Positions 47,557-57,807 of a stretch of DNA of 64,000 nt are shown in pieces; within the stretch, counting starts at the first letter, position 1, and each line of letters begins with the position of its first letter. The notes under the pieces are model-generated. The model made no database searches. It saw only the letters and a program-made list of their open reading frames with translations, and was not told the origin of the DNA. This DNA is from Conexivisphaerales archaeon. GTDB taxonomy: Archaea > Thermoproteota > Nitrososphaeria > Conexivisphaerales > DTJL01. Made by a program: the position numbers and the translations under genes. The DNA lies in the NCBI GenBank assembly GCA_049509455.1, contig JBEKZX010000001.1, positions 32,001 to 96,000 of the forward strand, written 5' to 3'.

Positions 47557-48585
47557 GTTCCCGGCCGGCGCCTCAAGGATCCTGAAGCCACCGATTCCGC
47601 TCTTGAGCAGGACGATCCCCCTATGTTCCTTGGGCTTCCTGGCCTCGCCGATTATGGCGGCGTCCTTAGCGCCCGCCTCCTTCAACGTCCTGAGTACAGC
47701 GTCGGCGATTCCCGGCTCGACGCCCAGGACGGCAGCGCCTTCATTGGCGAGGTAGAGCGGGTCGATGCCCAGCATGCCCAGGTATAGGCGAACGCTCTCC
47801 TTCACCGGGATGGCCGCTTCGTCGACGGCCACAACCGTACCGCTGCCTTTGGCCCAGTCGTTCAGCGTCATGGCCAGGCCCCCTCTTGTGGGGTCACGGG
47901 CGGCGTGGAGTCCCTTTCCAAAACGGTCGATCACGGGGAGCATAAAGGAAGTCAGGGGCTTCGCGTCGCTCTCCAGCCCTGACTTCAGGACGTCGACCCC
48001 CTGCTGAAGCGCTAGTATGGTGGCGCCATGGTCTCCCATGGACCCGGTGACTACGATCTTGTCCCCCGGCTTGAGCTCCGCGTCCACAATCGGCCTCCTT
48101 GTCAGCCCCAGCCCCACCGTCGTGATGATAATTTTGTCCAGCTGGCCCTTGGGCATGGTCTTGAAGTCCCCTCCAATTAGAGGTATGGACTCCCTCCGGA
48201 GCGTCGCCATCAAGGAATCCATGAGCTGGGAGAGCAGGTCTAGGTCGAAGCCCTCCTCGACTACCGTCGCGTCGAGGAGCGCGAGGGGCTTCCCTCCCAT
48301 CATTAGCACGTCATTGATGCTGCCTGAGGCTGCGAGGCTCCCTATGTCTCCGCCCGGAAAGATCAGAGGGCTCACGGTATAGGAGTCCACCGTCGCCACC
48401 AGGAACTGGTCTCCAATGGGCAGGGCCGCCGCGTCGTCGGGGGAGTCGAGGCCCACTCCTCCCTCCACGCTCTTGAGCTTCTTCTCCAGCTTCTGGAAGA
48501 GCATCCTGTCCAAAAGCTCCTGAGTCTCCTTCCCTCCAGCCCCGTGTGCGAGGGTTACGAAGCGCCTACCCAACTGTCCATTCAA
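47536..48585 (-). CDS. hypE: hydrogenase maturation protein HypE
   Basis: HGAGG, DSYTVSP, GGDFK, RDPTRGGL, C-terminal PRIC. Confidence 0.95.
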   Translation of the reverse strand: MNGQLGRRFVTLAHGAGGKETQELLDRMLFQKLEKKLKSVEGGVGLDSPDDAAALPIGDQFLVATVDSYTVSPLIFPGGDIGSLAASGSINDVLMMGGKPLALLDATVVEEGFDLDLLSQLMDSLMATLRRESIPLIGGDFKTMPKGQLDKIIITTVGLGLTRRPIVDAELKPGDKIVVTGSMGDHGATILALQQGVDVLKSGLESDAKPLTSFMLPVIDRFGKGLHAARDPTRGGLAMTLNDWAKGSGTVVAVDEAAIPVKESVRLYLGMLGIDPLYLANEGAAVLGVEPGIADAVLRTLKEAGAKDAAIIGEARKPKEHRGIVLLKSGIGGFRILEAPAGNLVPRIC

Positions 48586-48890
48586 CCCTTGCTCTTCACG
48601 CTGAGCAGACCCTTGAGGGACCTGTCCACGTCTTTTTCGGCCTTCCTCTTGGAGACGCCCGCATCGATTTCCAGCTGGACGGCGATGTCCCTGTAATAGG
48701 TGAAACTCTCCAAGAACTCCTGCTCGCTCAACCTAGAGATGGCCACCCCCGCGTGCACTAGGACATAGTCCCCGACGGACAGCTCTTCAGGCGTGGCCGC
48801 CAGGACCTCCCTGATGGTCCCGCCTCCGAAGTCCACCTTCGCTATCATGTCGTTGATCTCCAGGACCCTTGCCGGAACTGCCCAGCACAA
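48582..48890 (-). CDS. hypC: hydrogenase chaperone HypC
   Basis: MCWAVPA, GDYVLVHAG. Confidence 0.95.
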   Translation of the reverse strand: MCWAVPARVLEINDMIAKVDFGGGTIREVLAATPEELSVGDYVLVHAGVAISRLSEQEFLESFTYYRDIAVQLEIDAGVSKRKAEKDVDRSLKGLLSVKSKG

Positions 48891-50087
48891 CTATCGCCCC
48901 ACCCCCGTCTCCGCCGCCACCTTGTCGGCCAGCCCGCCGCCCCCATACTTGGCCCATACGGCGCAGGTCCCCTCCGAAGATACCATGCAGGGGCCGTAGG
49001 GCTTCTCAGCCGTGCAGGCCACCAGGAAGAGCGGGCAGTCGGTGGGCTTAATGAGGCCCAGCGTGACTTCGCCGCAGCGGCACCCTTCCGGGAGGTCCTC
49101 CGTCCAAGACTCCTTCGTAGGGTCCTTGATGTCAAAGCGCGACTTCGCATCGTGCGAAGCGTACTTCTTGCGAGGCTCGAGCCCGCTGGCAGGTATCACG
49201 CCTATCCCTCTCCAGGCGGCATCCGACTCCTCGAAGACCTTGGCCGTCGCGGCGAGCGCCCTCGCGTTACCTTCCCAGCCTACGGCCCTCCGGTATTCTA
49301 TCTCCACCTTGTGCTCCCCCCGGCTCATCTGATTGAGGAGCCCCGCCACCGAAATCAGGAGGTCCAAAGGCTCGAAGCCCGAGACGACAGCAGGGGTCTT
49401 GAACCTCTCCGCGATGGGGGCCCAAGCGGAAGCCCCAGTGATGACCGAGACGTGGCCTGGTGCGATGATGCCGTCCACTCCGCCCACCTTCTCTAGTGCG
49501 AAGCAAGCCGCCGGGGGAGTGAGCCGCAACGCGCTGAGGAAGTAGAGGTTGTCCGGGACCATGTCATGCGCCAGAGGCTCCGAGTAGCTGGGGGTGGTGG
49601 TCTCGAAGCCGATGCCCAGGAAGACGCAATCCTCCCCGTACTCCCTGGCGTCCTTCATGGCGTCGAGGAAGCTATAGACAACCTTCACGTCCCCGCCCAA
49701 TGCCTTAGCCTCCTCAAGGCTCCTGGCGTTGGAGACGGCCTTCGTGTTGGGGAGCCTGAAGGCGTCGCCGTATGAATAGACGCGGACGCCCTCCAGTGCC
49801 AAGCGAATGCAAGTATCCACGTAGTTCGAAGGGGTCACGCAGACTGGGCATCCCGGTCCTGAAATCATCTCCACGTTGCCGGGGAGGAGGCTCCTGATGC
49901 CATAGTGGGTCGTCGTCCACTCATGAGTGCCACAGAAGTTCATTATCCGTATGTGCTCCATCCCCTTCCTGTCCTTGAGCTCCTTGGCGATCTGACCGAT
50001 GGTCCGAGAAATGCTCTCGGCGACATCGGCATCCTTCCTGAAATACCTCTCGACATCGACTGAGAGGTCACGTCGAGCCTTCGGCAA
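48891..50087 (-). CDS. hypD: hydrogenase maturation protein HypD
   Basis: CGTHE, GPGCPVCV, GFETT, PGHVS, C-terminal Cys cluster. Confidence 0.96.
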   Translation of the reverse strand: MPKARRDLSVDVERYFRKDADVAESISRTIGQIAKELKDRKGMEHIRIMNFCGTHEWTTTHYGIRSLLPGNVEMISGPGCPVCVTPSNYVDTCIRLALEGVRVYSYGDAFRLPNTKAVSNARSLEEAKALGGDVKVVYSFLDAMKDAREYGEDCVFLGIGFETTTPSYSEPLAHDMVPDNLYFLSALRLTPPAACFALEKVGGVDGIIAPGHVSVITGASAWAPIAERFKTPAVVSGFEPLDLLISVAGLLNQMSRGEHKVEIEYRRAVGWEGNARALAATAKVFEESDAAWRGIGVIPASGLEPRKKYASHDAKSRFDIKDPTKESWTEDLPEGCRCGEVTLGLIKPTDCPLFLVACTAEKPYGPCMVSSEGTCAVWAKYGGGGLADKVAAETGVGR

Positions 50088-50263
50088 CCGTGGTCAGAGC
50101 CTTCTTGGTAGAGATAAGCCTTTTCCTTCATGCCGCGCAACTGATCAATCCGCATGGGCGCGAACTCCGTTACAGAGGTAACCTCTCCCGACACTCTTGC
50201 AAGGAGGAACATTCCACGAATTGCCTTCCGGGCAAACCAATAATAGCATCTGAGGTCAGGTGA

Positions 50264-51331
50264 ATGAGGAGTCATCCTTTGACGCTCGCTCTTGTGGGCC
50301 TCGGCACGCAGGGGACCGAAAGCATCCCCATCGGGGCAATTGAATTCGCCCGTCGTTGCGACCATTTGTACGCCGACGTGTACACCAGCCCCTGGCCTGA
50401 GGGGCTCCTCGCTCAGGTGGCGAAGCTCATCGGCAGGGAGCCCGCCCCGGCTTCGCGCACTCTGCTTGAGGATGGCAGGAAGATACTCGAGGAGAGCTCT
50501 AAGGCTGACACGGCCGTAATGTGCATTGGCGATCCTCTGGTCGCAACCACTCACATGACCCTTCGGCTGCGGGCCCTAGAGCTAGGCCTGCCGGTCAAGG
50601 TCTTCTACGCTGCCGGGATCCTGACCGCGGTCTTCGGCGAGACAGGACTCCATCCCTACAAGCTGGGCAGGGTCATCACGCTGGTGAGGTCCACTCCATC
50701 CGCTCTCGGTTCCGTCTACGCCGCCGTGAAGGAGACCCTCTCCTTGGGGCTCCATGTGCTCCTCCTCATGGAGTACAGCCACGACGAGGGCTTCAGCCTG
50801 CGACCCAACGACGGCCTGAAGATGCTCAGCGAGGTGGAGGCTTCATACAGACTGGGGGTCTTCTCCGATGACCGCCTCCTCGTCGTAGTATCGCGCCTGG
50901 GCCGGCCGGACCAGTCGGTCATCGCGGGCCGCCTCTCCGATCTGGCCTCGATGGACTTCGGCTCCCCTCCCCACAGCATACTCGTCCCGGGAAGCCTTCA
51001 CTACACGGAATCGGACGCCTTGCGGGCCCTGGCAAAGGCCGACCCCGCCGTCCTTTCTTCATCGAGGACTTCGCTGGTCCTTCCCAGCAAGACCATCGTT
51101 GAAAGGACCGTCGCCAAGACCAAGGCGGCCCTCAAGACGGCCAGGGAGCTGGCGGCCGGGCCTTCGATGCCCGACCTGGGAAGCGTCTTCGAAAACGTGG
51201 AAGCTTACCTGTCCGACGCCGATCGTTTCCTCCTCGAAGGGAAGCCAGAGCTGGCGCTGGTGGAGGCCGGCTACGCCGAGGGCCTCTTGGACTCGCTCAG
51301 GCTCCAGGGGATCCTGAAGATGACTTGGTGA
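50264..51331 (+). CDS. dph5: diphthine synthase with C-terminal DUF357-like domain
   Basis: VGLG, YADVYTS, GDPLVATTH, YKLGRVIT; C-terminal AYLSDADRFL..G..ELAL..AGYAEGLLDSL. Confidence 0.88.
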   Translation: MRSHPLTLALVGLGTQGTESIPIGAIEFARRCDHLYADVYTSPWPEGLLAQVAKLIGREPAPASRTLLEDGRKILEESSKADTAVMCIGDPLVATTHMTLRLRALELGLPVKVFYAAGILTAVFGETGLHPYKLGRVITLVRSTPSALGSVYAAVKETLSLGLHVLLLMEYSHDEGFSLRPNDGLKMLSEVEASYRLGVFSDDRLLVVVSRLGRPDQSVIAGRLSDLASMDFGSPPHSILVPGSLHYTESDALRALAKADPAVLSSSRTSLVLPSKTIVERTVAKTKAALKTARELAAGPSMPDLGSVFENVEAYLSDADRFLLEGKPELALVEAGYAEGLLDSLRLQGILKMTW

Positions 51332-51383
51332 AAGAAGGTCTAAATACTCACAGGATGTTGTAGTCATCTCTCGGACGAAAGAC

Positions 51384-52769
51384 TTGCCCGGCAGCATCTT
51401 CGTTAAGGAAGCCTGCGTGGCCACCTTCGACGGCAGGTTCCGCCTCTTGCAGCCCGCTTCCGTCTACGCGGAGGACGGGAGCTTCGTCAAGGTCGGCTCC
51501 CCCGAGGAAGTCAGGCCCGTGGCCGTGCATCCCGACATAACTATCGACGGGCGCAACAAGCTCGTCATGCCCGGCTTGGTCAACACTCACGTCCACTTAG
51601 CCCAGTCGCTGCTGAGGAGCTTGGTTCCTGACGACGTTACGCTCCTCGACTGGCTGACGCGCTGGGTTTGGCCTCTCCAAGGCAGCTTCAAGGCCGAGGA
51701 CGGTCTCGTCAGCGCACAGCTCACTCTGCTGGAGATGATCAAGGCGGGCACGACTGCCTTCGTTGCGACCTCGGTCAACGGAAGGTACGGGCCGGAGCGC
51801 ATCGCCGAGGCCGTCCATGCCTCAGGAATCAGGGCGGCCCTCGGAAGGCAGGTCATGGACATGCCTGGCTATGCGTCCAGGAAGGACGCGGTCCCCGCCT
51901 CCCTCCAGGAGGACAAGGTGGCGTCACTCAAATCGTTCAGCGAACTCCATCGCCGGTGGCACGGGAGGGACGGAAGGATCTGGATTTGGCTCTCCCCGCG
52001 GACGCCCGGCGCCTGCAGTGACCAGCTCTTCGAGGAGATGGCCTCACTCCTGACGGAAAGCGACGCCGGGCTGACCATGCACCTGGCGGAAATCAAGGAC
52101 GACGTGGGCTACTTCAGGAAGAAAGGGACGACCCCCGGCGCCTTCCTACGGAGGATGGGCCTCCTCAGGAGGAAGACGGTCTATGTGCACTGCGTCTGGC
52201 TCTCCGACGACGACATCAGGGAGTTCGTCAAGGGAGGTTCTACCGTTTCTCACAACCCCTCCTCCAACATGAAGCTGGGCTCGGGGATCGCCCCCGTAGC
52301 CAAGATGCTAAGGGCAGGGCTCAACGTCGCTCTGGGCACCGACGGCGGCCCGAGCAACGACTCCTACGATCTGCTGAGGGAATGCAAGCTGGCCTCCCTC
52401 CTCCAGAAGGTTGCCCTCGGCGACCCGAGAGCTGTTGGCTACGCTGACGTCCTGAAGATGGCCGTCACGAACGGCTACAGGGCGTTGGGGCTTGAAGGCA
52501 TCGCGGGCAGAATGGCGGCGGGGCAGAGGGCGGACTTCATAGTGGTGGACCTTGCTCAGCCCCACCTCACACCTGCGATCAACCCTCTGTCGAACTTGGT
52601 ATATTCGGCCACGGGTCAGGACGTTTCCGACGTATTCGTGGACGGCAGGGCGCTAATGCTGGGAAGGAAGGTCACGGTGCTCGACGAAGCGAATGTGCTC
52701 AGAGAGGCGAAGAGACGGGCGCCGATCTTGGCGGAGCGCGCCGGCCTCGGCAGGCGATCAAAGGCCTGA
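51384..52769 (+). CDS. amidohydrolase, MTA/SAH-deaminase/SsnA-like
   Basis: PGLVNTHVHL, MHLAE, VHCV, HNPSSNMKL.SG, GTDG. Confidence 0.88.
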   Translation: MPGSIFVKEACVATFDGRFRLLQPASVYAEDGSFVKVGSPEEVRPVAVHPDITIDGRNKLVMPGLVNTHVHLAQSLLRSLVPDDVTLLDWLTRWVWPLQGSFKAEDGLVSAQLTLLEMIKAGTTAFVATSVNGRYGPERIAEAVHASGIRAALGRQVMDMPGYASRKDAVPASLQEDKVASLKSFSELHRRWHGRDGRIWIWLSPRTPGACSDQLFEEMASLLTESDAGLTMHLAEIKDDVGYFRKKGTTPGAFLRRMGLLRRKTVYVHCVWLSDDDIREFVKGGSTVSHNPSSNMKLGSGIAPVAKMLRAGLNVALGTDGGPSNDSYDLLRECKLASLLQKVALGDPRAVGYADVLKMAVTNGYRALGLEGIAGRMAAGQRADFIVVDLAQPHLTPAINPLSNLVYSATGQDVSDVFVDGRALMLGRKVTVLDEANVLREAKRRAPILAERAGLGRRSKA

Positions 52770-53897
52770 CAAAGTCGGGTCCGCCGGCTTCATTAACTCT
52801 CGCAGAAGGACGGTGGCGTAGCACCCACTGTAAAGCCCGAACCTCAACTCAGCATAATCCTCCTTTCGGAAGCCTTTGAACCAGCCCACCATGGAGGCCG
52901 GCCGATATCCTCCCTCAACGCTGAGCTCCTGCATCTCTTTGATGTAGAAGTCCGTCGGAGTCAGCCCCTCCTCCTCCAGGACGTCTGCTAGGGCGACGGA
53001 ATACGGGTCGTGTCTGTTCCTAAACGCGAACCCCGGCAGCTGTGCCAGCGGCACCGGGAGGAAGCCTTCAGTCGCGTCGGCGGGGTCCCTCACATACGCC
53101 TCCAGTACGACGGGTCTCTTCCTGTGCTTCAGGATGTACATCGCAGACTCCTCCGAAAGCGAGCCGTTCCTCTCCAGGACCTTGCTCAGCGCCCTGTTGA
53201 ACAGGTAAGACTGGTAGGACTGCACGAGAAGGCGCCTAAGCCTCAAGGGGACCTTTCGCAACGCCACGACGGCGTCGGCCTCGGACAGCTCCTCCTCTAG
53301 CAGGATCCCCGCAGCCTCGGCGAACTTCCGCTTCACCATGGCATCTCCCACCTTCTGGTTGGGCTTGTCCCTCCCGAAGCGTTGCGAGCCGAAGAAGTTG
53401 GGGAGCTTCCCCTCGTCCAAGAGATGCCCAACCCTTTCCCCGTCCGCCTCTTTTCCACCGAACGAATGAATCCTGATTCTGAAGAAGTTGCCCAGCAGGT
53501 CCACCTTCTTCAACGGCCTCAGGGTCTCGGCCACCAGCGTGGCCCTGAAGGACGGCCCCGTCACATGCGCGGACGGGCTCTCTGCCATCTTCCTGCCCGA
53601 GACAAACTGATACGTCAGCGCCAGCTTATCCTTCAGGCCGAGCGAGTTCATGGCAATCCCGGTTGTCCACTGCAGTTTCTCGCGGGCCTCCATCGTCCCC
53701 GAGTTCCACTTGCAGAGGACATAGAGTGGGTATCCTCCCGATCCCAGCTTGGAGATGAGCTTCTTCGAATCGTCCATCAGGACCTCCGTCACCACGAAGT
53801 CGTCGGGGGCGGTCTTGGTCCTTCCGCTGGCGCCCTTTTCGGCGGTGGCGTACTGCTCAATGCCGATCTCCAGTTCCTCTTTGACGGTTGTCTTCAT
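52758..53897 (-). CDS. truD: tRNA pseudouridine(13) synthase TruD
   Basis: DFVVTE, GLKDKLALTYQ, GNFFRI, PNFFGSQRFG, GCYATVLLRE. Confidence 0.9.
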   Translation of the reverse strand: MKTTVKEELEIGIEQYATAEKGASGRTKTAPDDFVVTEVLMDDSKKLISKLGSGGYPLYVLCKWNSGTMEAREKLQWTTGIAMNSLGLKDKLALTYQFVSGRKMAESPSAHVTGPSFRATLVAETLRPLKKVDLLGNFFRIRIHSFGGKEADGERVGHLLDEGKLPNFFGSQRFGRDKPNQKVGDAMVKRKFAEAAGILLEEELSEADAVVALRKVPLRLRRLLVQSYQSYLFNRALSKVLERNGSLSEESAMYILKHRKRPVVLEAYVRDPADATEGFLPVPLAQLPGFAFRNRHDPYSVALADVLEEEGLTPTDFYIKEMQELSVEGGYRPASMVGWFKGFRKEDYAELRFGLYSGCYATVLLRELMKPADPTLSGL

Positions 53898-53913
53898 GAG
53901 CTATCGCGCTGGC

Positions 53914-54279
53914 CTACAGAAGCTTGAGGTCTCCCGTGATGCGGTCGACGAGCTCGGAGGGGCCTGGGCCGATGCCTAGGCAGGTGACGGTGTCGGGCGC
54001 TATCTGAGTTAGGCCTCGGTCCACGATGAGGACGGTGGGCAGCCCCAGCTCCTCGGCCTTCCGCCGCAGGGAGTTCAGCTCAGATTCGCTTCTCGCCTTG
54101 ACTACGATCTTGGCCTGGCCCTCAGCCCACCACCGCTTGAACCATTCAGGCTTCTTCCTTTCTGTGTCTCTCGATGCTGAAACGGCAGCGTGGGCCACTT
54201 GCGCCGCCAGCTTCCCCTTGCCCATGGAGATGTCCGTCCTGACGGCGACGACCAACTTATACTCGAATTCCCCCTCCAT
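53914..54279 (-). CDS. pth2: peptidyl-tRNA hydrolase Pth2
   Basis: MGKGKLAAQVAHA, QAKIVVK, DRGLTQI, TCLGIGP. Confidence 0.95.
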   Translation of the reverse strand: MEGEFEYKLVVAVRTDISMGKGKLAAQVAHAAVSASRDTERKKPEWFKRWWAEGQAKIVVKARSESELNSLRRKAEELGLPTVLIVDRGLTQIAPDTVTCLGIGPGPSELVDRITGDLKLL

Positions 54280-54352
54280 GACCCCTCAGACAATGGGCCG
54301 TCCTCCTCTTGATTTAAAGTTGGGGTAGCTTCGTCGGGTCATCAGCCAGATG

Positions 54353-55384
54353 TCAGATGGACTTTTCGGTCTTCGCGATGGCTTCGATGATGGTCTTGTA
54401 CAGCCCGGGGTTCGTCTCCGCAAGCCTCTCTAGCCTCGGAGGCTTGAGCCCGATCCTCTTCGCCCTGTTGATGTTGTACCTCACCAGTCTCTCGCCGTTG
54501 GTCTCGTGCCAGCCGCACTTCTGCATGTACTTCATTATGACCTCGAAGGCCTCCTCGTCGGTGACCTTCTTCACGTTGACCAGATAGGGCGGCAGTATGA
54601 GCCAGAGTATCCTGTGCCTGCCGTCCATGATGGGGCTCTCAAGGATCTTTTCGATGTACTTGTACTGACCCGAATCCTGGTAGGGCTTTGGCTTGGGGAG
54701 CCGGACCGAAATCCTGTCGACTATCTCCTGCATTGAAGGAGGGAGCCTGACCGGTTTGTCCATCCGCTTGAAACGCTGGAAGATGAAGACGGAGAACTGG
54801 TCCTGCACGATGTCGACCAGCCTTTCCTCAGAGAGGTAGATGTAGCCTCGGCAGAGGATGTTGTTGACCAGAGCGAGCCGGGGGTTATCTAGGAGCTGCA
54901 GTCCCGCCATCACCTCCAAGTACTTCTCCGCGGGCACCCTCAGCTGAAGCCTCATCTTGGCATCCTCTGAGGCCCTCCAGGGGAGCTTCTCCACCGTCTC
55001 CATCTTCAGGTCGAACAGCCCGTTCATGATGTTGCACATGGCACCCACCCTCTCCTCCCTGAACGCCTCCATGGATCTCATCCCCTCCGATCGAGAGAAG
55101 GCCCTCTCCAGGAAGGTGGAAGAGATGGCCTTGACCATAATCATTGCGACGATGAAACTGAATATCTCCACGAACCTGTCATCGTACCGGATCTTGCTGG
55201 TCTTCTTCTCGAGGGCCTCCAGAATCCTATCCTGGGCCCTGGAAAGGATGTCGTTCGCCCTGCTGTTGGTCTTAGGGTCGGAGATTTCGTCGATGGAGAA
55301 GCCCGAGTCCCTGAGGTATGTCTCGACGCCTGGAATGAACGGGTACCGGACGAACTCCGCCTCCCTAGAAACGGACGAACTCAT
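54353..55384 (-). CDS. priL: DNA primase large subunit N-terminal domain fused to a PriX-like C-terminal domain
   Basis: N-terminal RYPF; C-terminal YKYIEKIL...DGRHRILWLILPPYLVNVK; no four-Cys Fe-S motif. Confidence 0.75.
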   Translation of the reverse strand: MSSSVSREAEFVRYPFIPGVETYLRDSGFSIDEISDPKTNSRANDILSRAQDRILEALEKKTSKIRYDDRFVEIFSFIVAMIMVKAISSTFLERAFSRSEGMRSMEAFREERVGAMCNIMNGLFDLKMETVEKLPWRASEDAKMRLQLRVPAEKYLEVMAGLQLLDNPRLALVNNILCRGYIYLSEERLVDIVQDQFSVFIFQRFKRMDKPVRLPPSMQEIVDRISVRLPKPKPYQDSGQYKYIEKILESPIMDGRHRILWLILPPYLVNVKKVTDEEAFEVIMKYMQKCGWHETNGERLVRYNINRAKRIGLKPPRLERLAETNPGLYKTIIEAIAKTEKSI

Positions 55385-55512
55385 CGGGCCACTCTAGCTT
55401 CCTCCTCCGTGCACGATATAAGGTTTAGAAATCAGGGACTTGCTGACGAAGGCGCGCCACATTTCAAGACTAGGTTTATTTGAGGTGGCCGGTTGACATT
55501 GTCTGCGGGACA

Positions 55513-56505
55513 ATGTACGTCATCATCTCTCACCGCAAGGACCTGGACGGCCTGGCCTCGGCAGCCCTTTCGCTTCGTTACGTCGTCAAGCACAAGCGCT
55601 CTCCCTACACGATCTCCCTCAAGGACTACACCGACGAGGAGCTCGTGGTGGAGGAGAAGTTCTTGGACCTTCAGAACTGCAAATTCATCATCACGGACCT
55701 CTCAACCAACATCCCGCGCCTCGAGCTAATACTGGAGAAGTTCAGGACGTTGAAGTCTTGGAATAACGAGATTTGCTGGTTCGACCATCACCCGTCCACC
55801 GAGGTAATCAGGTCCTCTTTGGCGGCCGTCGTCGACTTCCTCGACCTACGCTCCAGCTCCACCGTCGCATCTGAGATTACATACCAGAACCTATTCGTCC
55901 GCAACGGACTCTACGACTCCCACGCCCTCCTCCTCTCCAAGCTGGGCCGGGATTCGGACCTCCTGGAGCTGAAGTACGGGGTGACGTCGAAGCTCATGTC
56001 CATGATCGACTTCTCTAACTACTTGGACAGGGGCTCGATAATATCGCCAAGGCTCCTCGCCATCGTGCTCCAGCTCGCCTTCCCGCGCATCGAGGCCGAC
56101 GAAGACGGGATAGTTGAACCCTACCAGAACGGTCTGATCGAGCAATACGAGACTCTGAAGACCAGAGAGAGGAAAAGGATCCTCGCCGACTCGGAGCTCT
56201 TCCAGGCGGGGAAGCACACGGTGGTCCTTTTCAGTTTCCCCCAGCTCTTTTCCGGAACGCAGGCATCGATGATAGTCTTGGATCACTTCAAGGCCGACGT
56301 TTCCATAGGCATCAGTGACTCCGGCGAAGGGAGCGTCAGGAGGTCGGTGGAGGACATCAGCTGCAGGAGGATCGCGGAGCTCTTCGGGGGCGGAGGGCAT
56401 GACTTCGCAGCCGGCTTCCCGACTGAGAAGGGAAATATGTCGGAGCCTGAGCTGGCCCAGTACAAGGAGAAGGTTAAGAAGGCCGTAATCAAGCTGCTCT
56501 CCTAG
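55513..56505 (+). CDS. DHH/DHHA1-family phosphoesterase
   Basis: HRKDLDG, ITDL, FDHH, GGGHDFAAG. Confidence 0.88.
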   Translation: MYVIISHRKDLDGLASAALSLRYVVKHKRSPYTISLKDYTDEELVVEEKFLDLQNCKFIITDLSTNIPRLELILEKFRTLKSWNNEICWFDHHPSTEVIRSSLAAVVDFLDLRSSSTVASEITYQNLFVRNGLYDSHALLLSKLGRDSDLLELKYGVTSKLMSMIDFSNYLDRGSIISPRLLAIVLQLAFPRIEADEDGIVEPYQNGLIEQYETLKTRERKRILADSELFQAGKHTVVLFSFPQLFSGTQASMIVLDHFKADVSIGISDSGEGSVRRSVEDISCRRIAELFGGGGHDFAAGFPTEKGNMSEPELAQYKEKVKKAVIKLLS

Positions 56506-56547
56506 AGGGGCTCCCCGTGGGGGAGTCCGTCGGTTTCGGGCGATACC

Positions 56548-57807
56548 ATGAGACAGCTTCGTTTCGTCGAGGTGCAGAGGGGGGAGCGTCGGAGGGAGGT
56601 GAAGTGTCCCGTCTGCCATGGCATGTCGTCGCTCTGTCGTGAGAATTACTGCCCCTACTTGGCGAAGCTCAAGGCCTTCCAGTCGGTCGCTCGCCTAGAG
56701 AGGATGGAGAGGGTCTTCGGCGCGTCGCCTCCCTCGGTCTTCGTCGGCGAATATGGATACCCGAAGGTGTTGGCCGGCCCCCTGGTGCCACCGCTTCCCC
56801 ACGAGGATACTGCACTCATGGACATGCCTGAGAGGTGGGTGGACAAGAGTTTCGAGGAGCTCCTGCGATACCGCCTGAGCCTAGTGAGGGGGAAGTACAC
56901 CATGGAGGTGGGCGAAGCGGTGAACCCTTCGCGGATCCTCTCTGCAACCCAGGAGGTTATAATGGCCTCCAGGCCCACCGACGTGGAAGCCGTCCTAGGG
57001 AAGAGGCCCGTGTTGACCGAGATCTTCAACTCCAGGAGTCCTCCCAATGGGCCCTCCGCACCGCTGATCAGCGTCAAGCTGGCGGAGAACCCCTCGGTCT
57101 CCGTTAGGGTTGAGAGGGTGGTGAGCGACGGCGACTTCAGGGCCGCCGAGGCGATACCCGAGCTCTTCTCCGGCGGCGTCAGGCAGAGCCAGATCACGAA
57201 GCTCCTCAGCATCGGCCTCCTCGGCGTCAAGAAGCGCAGGCGGCTGGTCCCCACCGAATGGAGCATCACAGCCGTCGACGATATTCTCGGAAAGGGGCTC
57301 ATCGACAAGGTGATGGACTTCTCCGAAGTGGACGGCTTCACCTTCTTCAGCCACCAAGCGCTGGGGAACGCCGTTTGCGTTGTCTTCCTTCCCTCTCCCT
57401 GGATGTTCGAAGGGCTGGAGGGTTGGGTGACCTCCGACCCCCGGGTCTATTCGGACCACGAGCTCTCCTCCGGTCGGAAGACCTACCCCACCAACCTCGC
57501 CGGGGCCTATCACGCCGCGAGGCTTCCTGTCTTGGAGTACCTGGCGGGACTGAGGAGGCAGGCCGGGGCCCTCGTCTTCATGGAGGTCCATCCTGAATGG
57601 ATCCCCCTCGGCGTCTGGCGCTTCCGCGAAATCGCCCGGAAGGCCTTGAGGCGGCCTCCCGTGGAGGCAGAAGACCTCAATCACGCTCTCCGGCTGGTCG
57701 CCGGAGAGCTCTCCATCCCCATCGAGAAATGGGTCCGTGCTTCCAGGGTAATCCCGTACTTCCTCCATCAGACCAAGCTCGAGGATTTCTTCCGCTCGAA
57801 GGGTTGA
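56548..57807 (+). CDS. nreA: Nre-family PCNA-interacting DNA repair protein
   Basis: N-terminal CxxC..C..C, SPPSVFVG.YGYPKV, RRRLVPTEWSITAVD, C-terminal PIP box QTKLEDFF. Confidence 0.9.
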   Translation: MRQLRFVEVQRGERRREVKCPVCHGMSSLCRENYCPYLAKLKAFQSVARLERMERVFGASPPSVFVGEYGYPKVLAGPLVPPLPHEDTALMDMPERWVDKSFEELLRYRLSLVRGKYTMEVGEAVNPSRILSATQEVIMASRPTDVEAVLGKRPVLTEIFNSRSPPNGPSAPLISVKLAENPSVSVRVERVVSDGDFRAAEAIPELFSGGVRQSQITKLLSIGLLGVKKRRRLVPTEWSITAVDDILGKGLIDKVMDFSEVDGFTFFSHQALGNAVCVVFLPSPWMFEGLEGWVTSDPRVYSDHELSSGRKTYPTNLAGAYHAARLPVLEYLAGLRRQAGALVFMEVHPEWIPLGVWRFREIARKALRRPPVEAEDLNHALRLVAGELSIPIEKWVRASRVIPYFLHQTKLEDFFRSKG

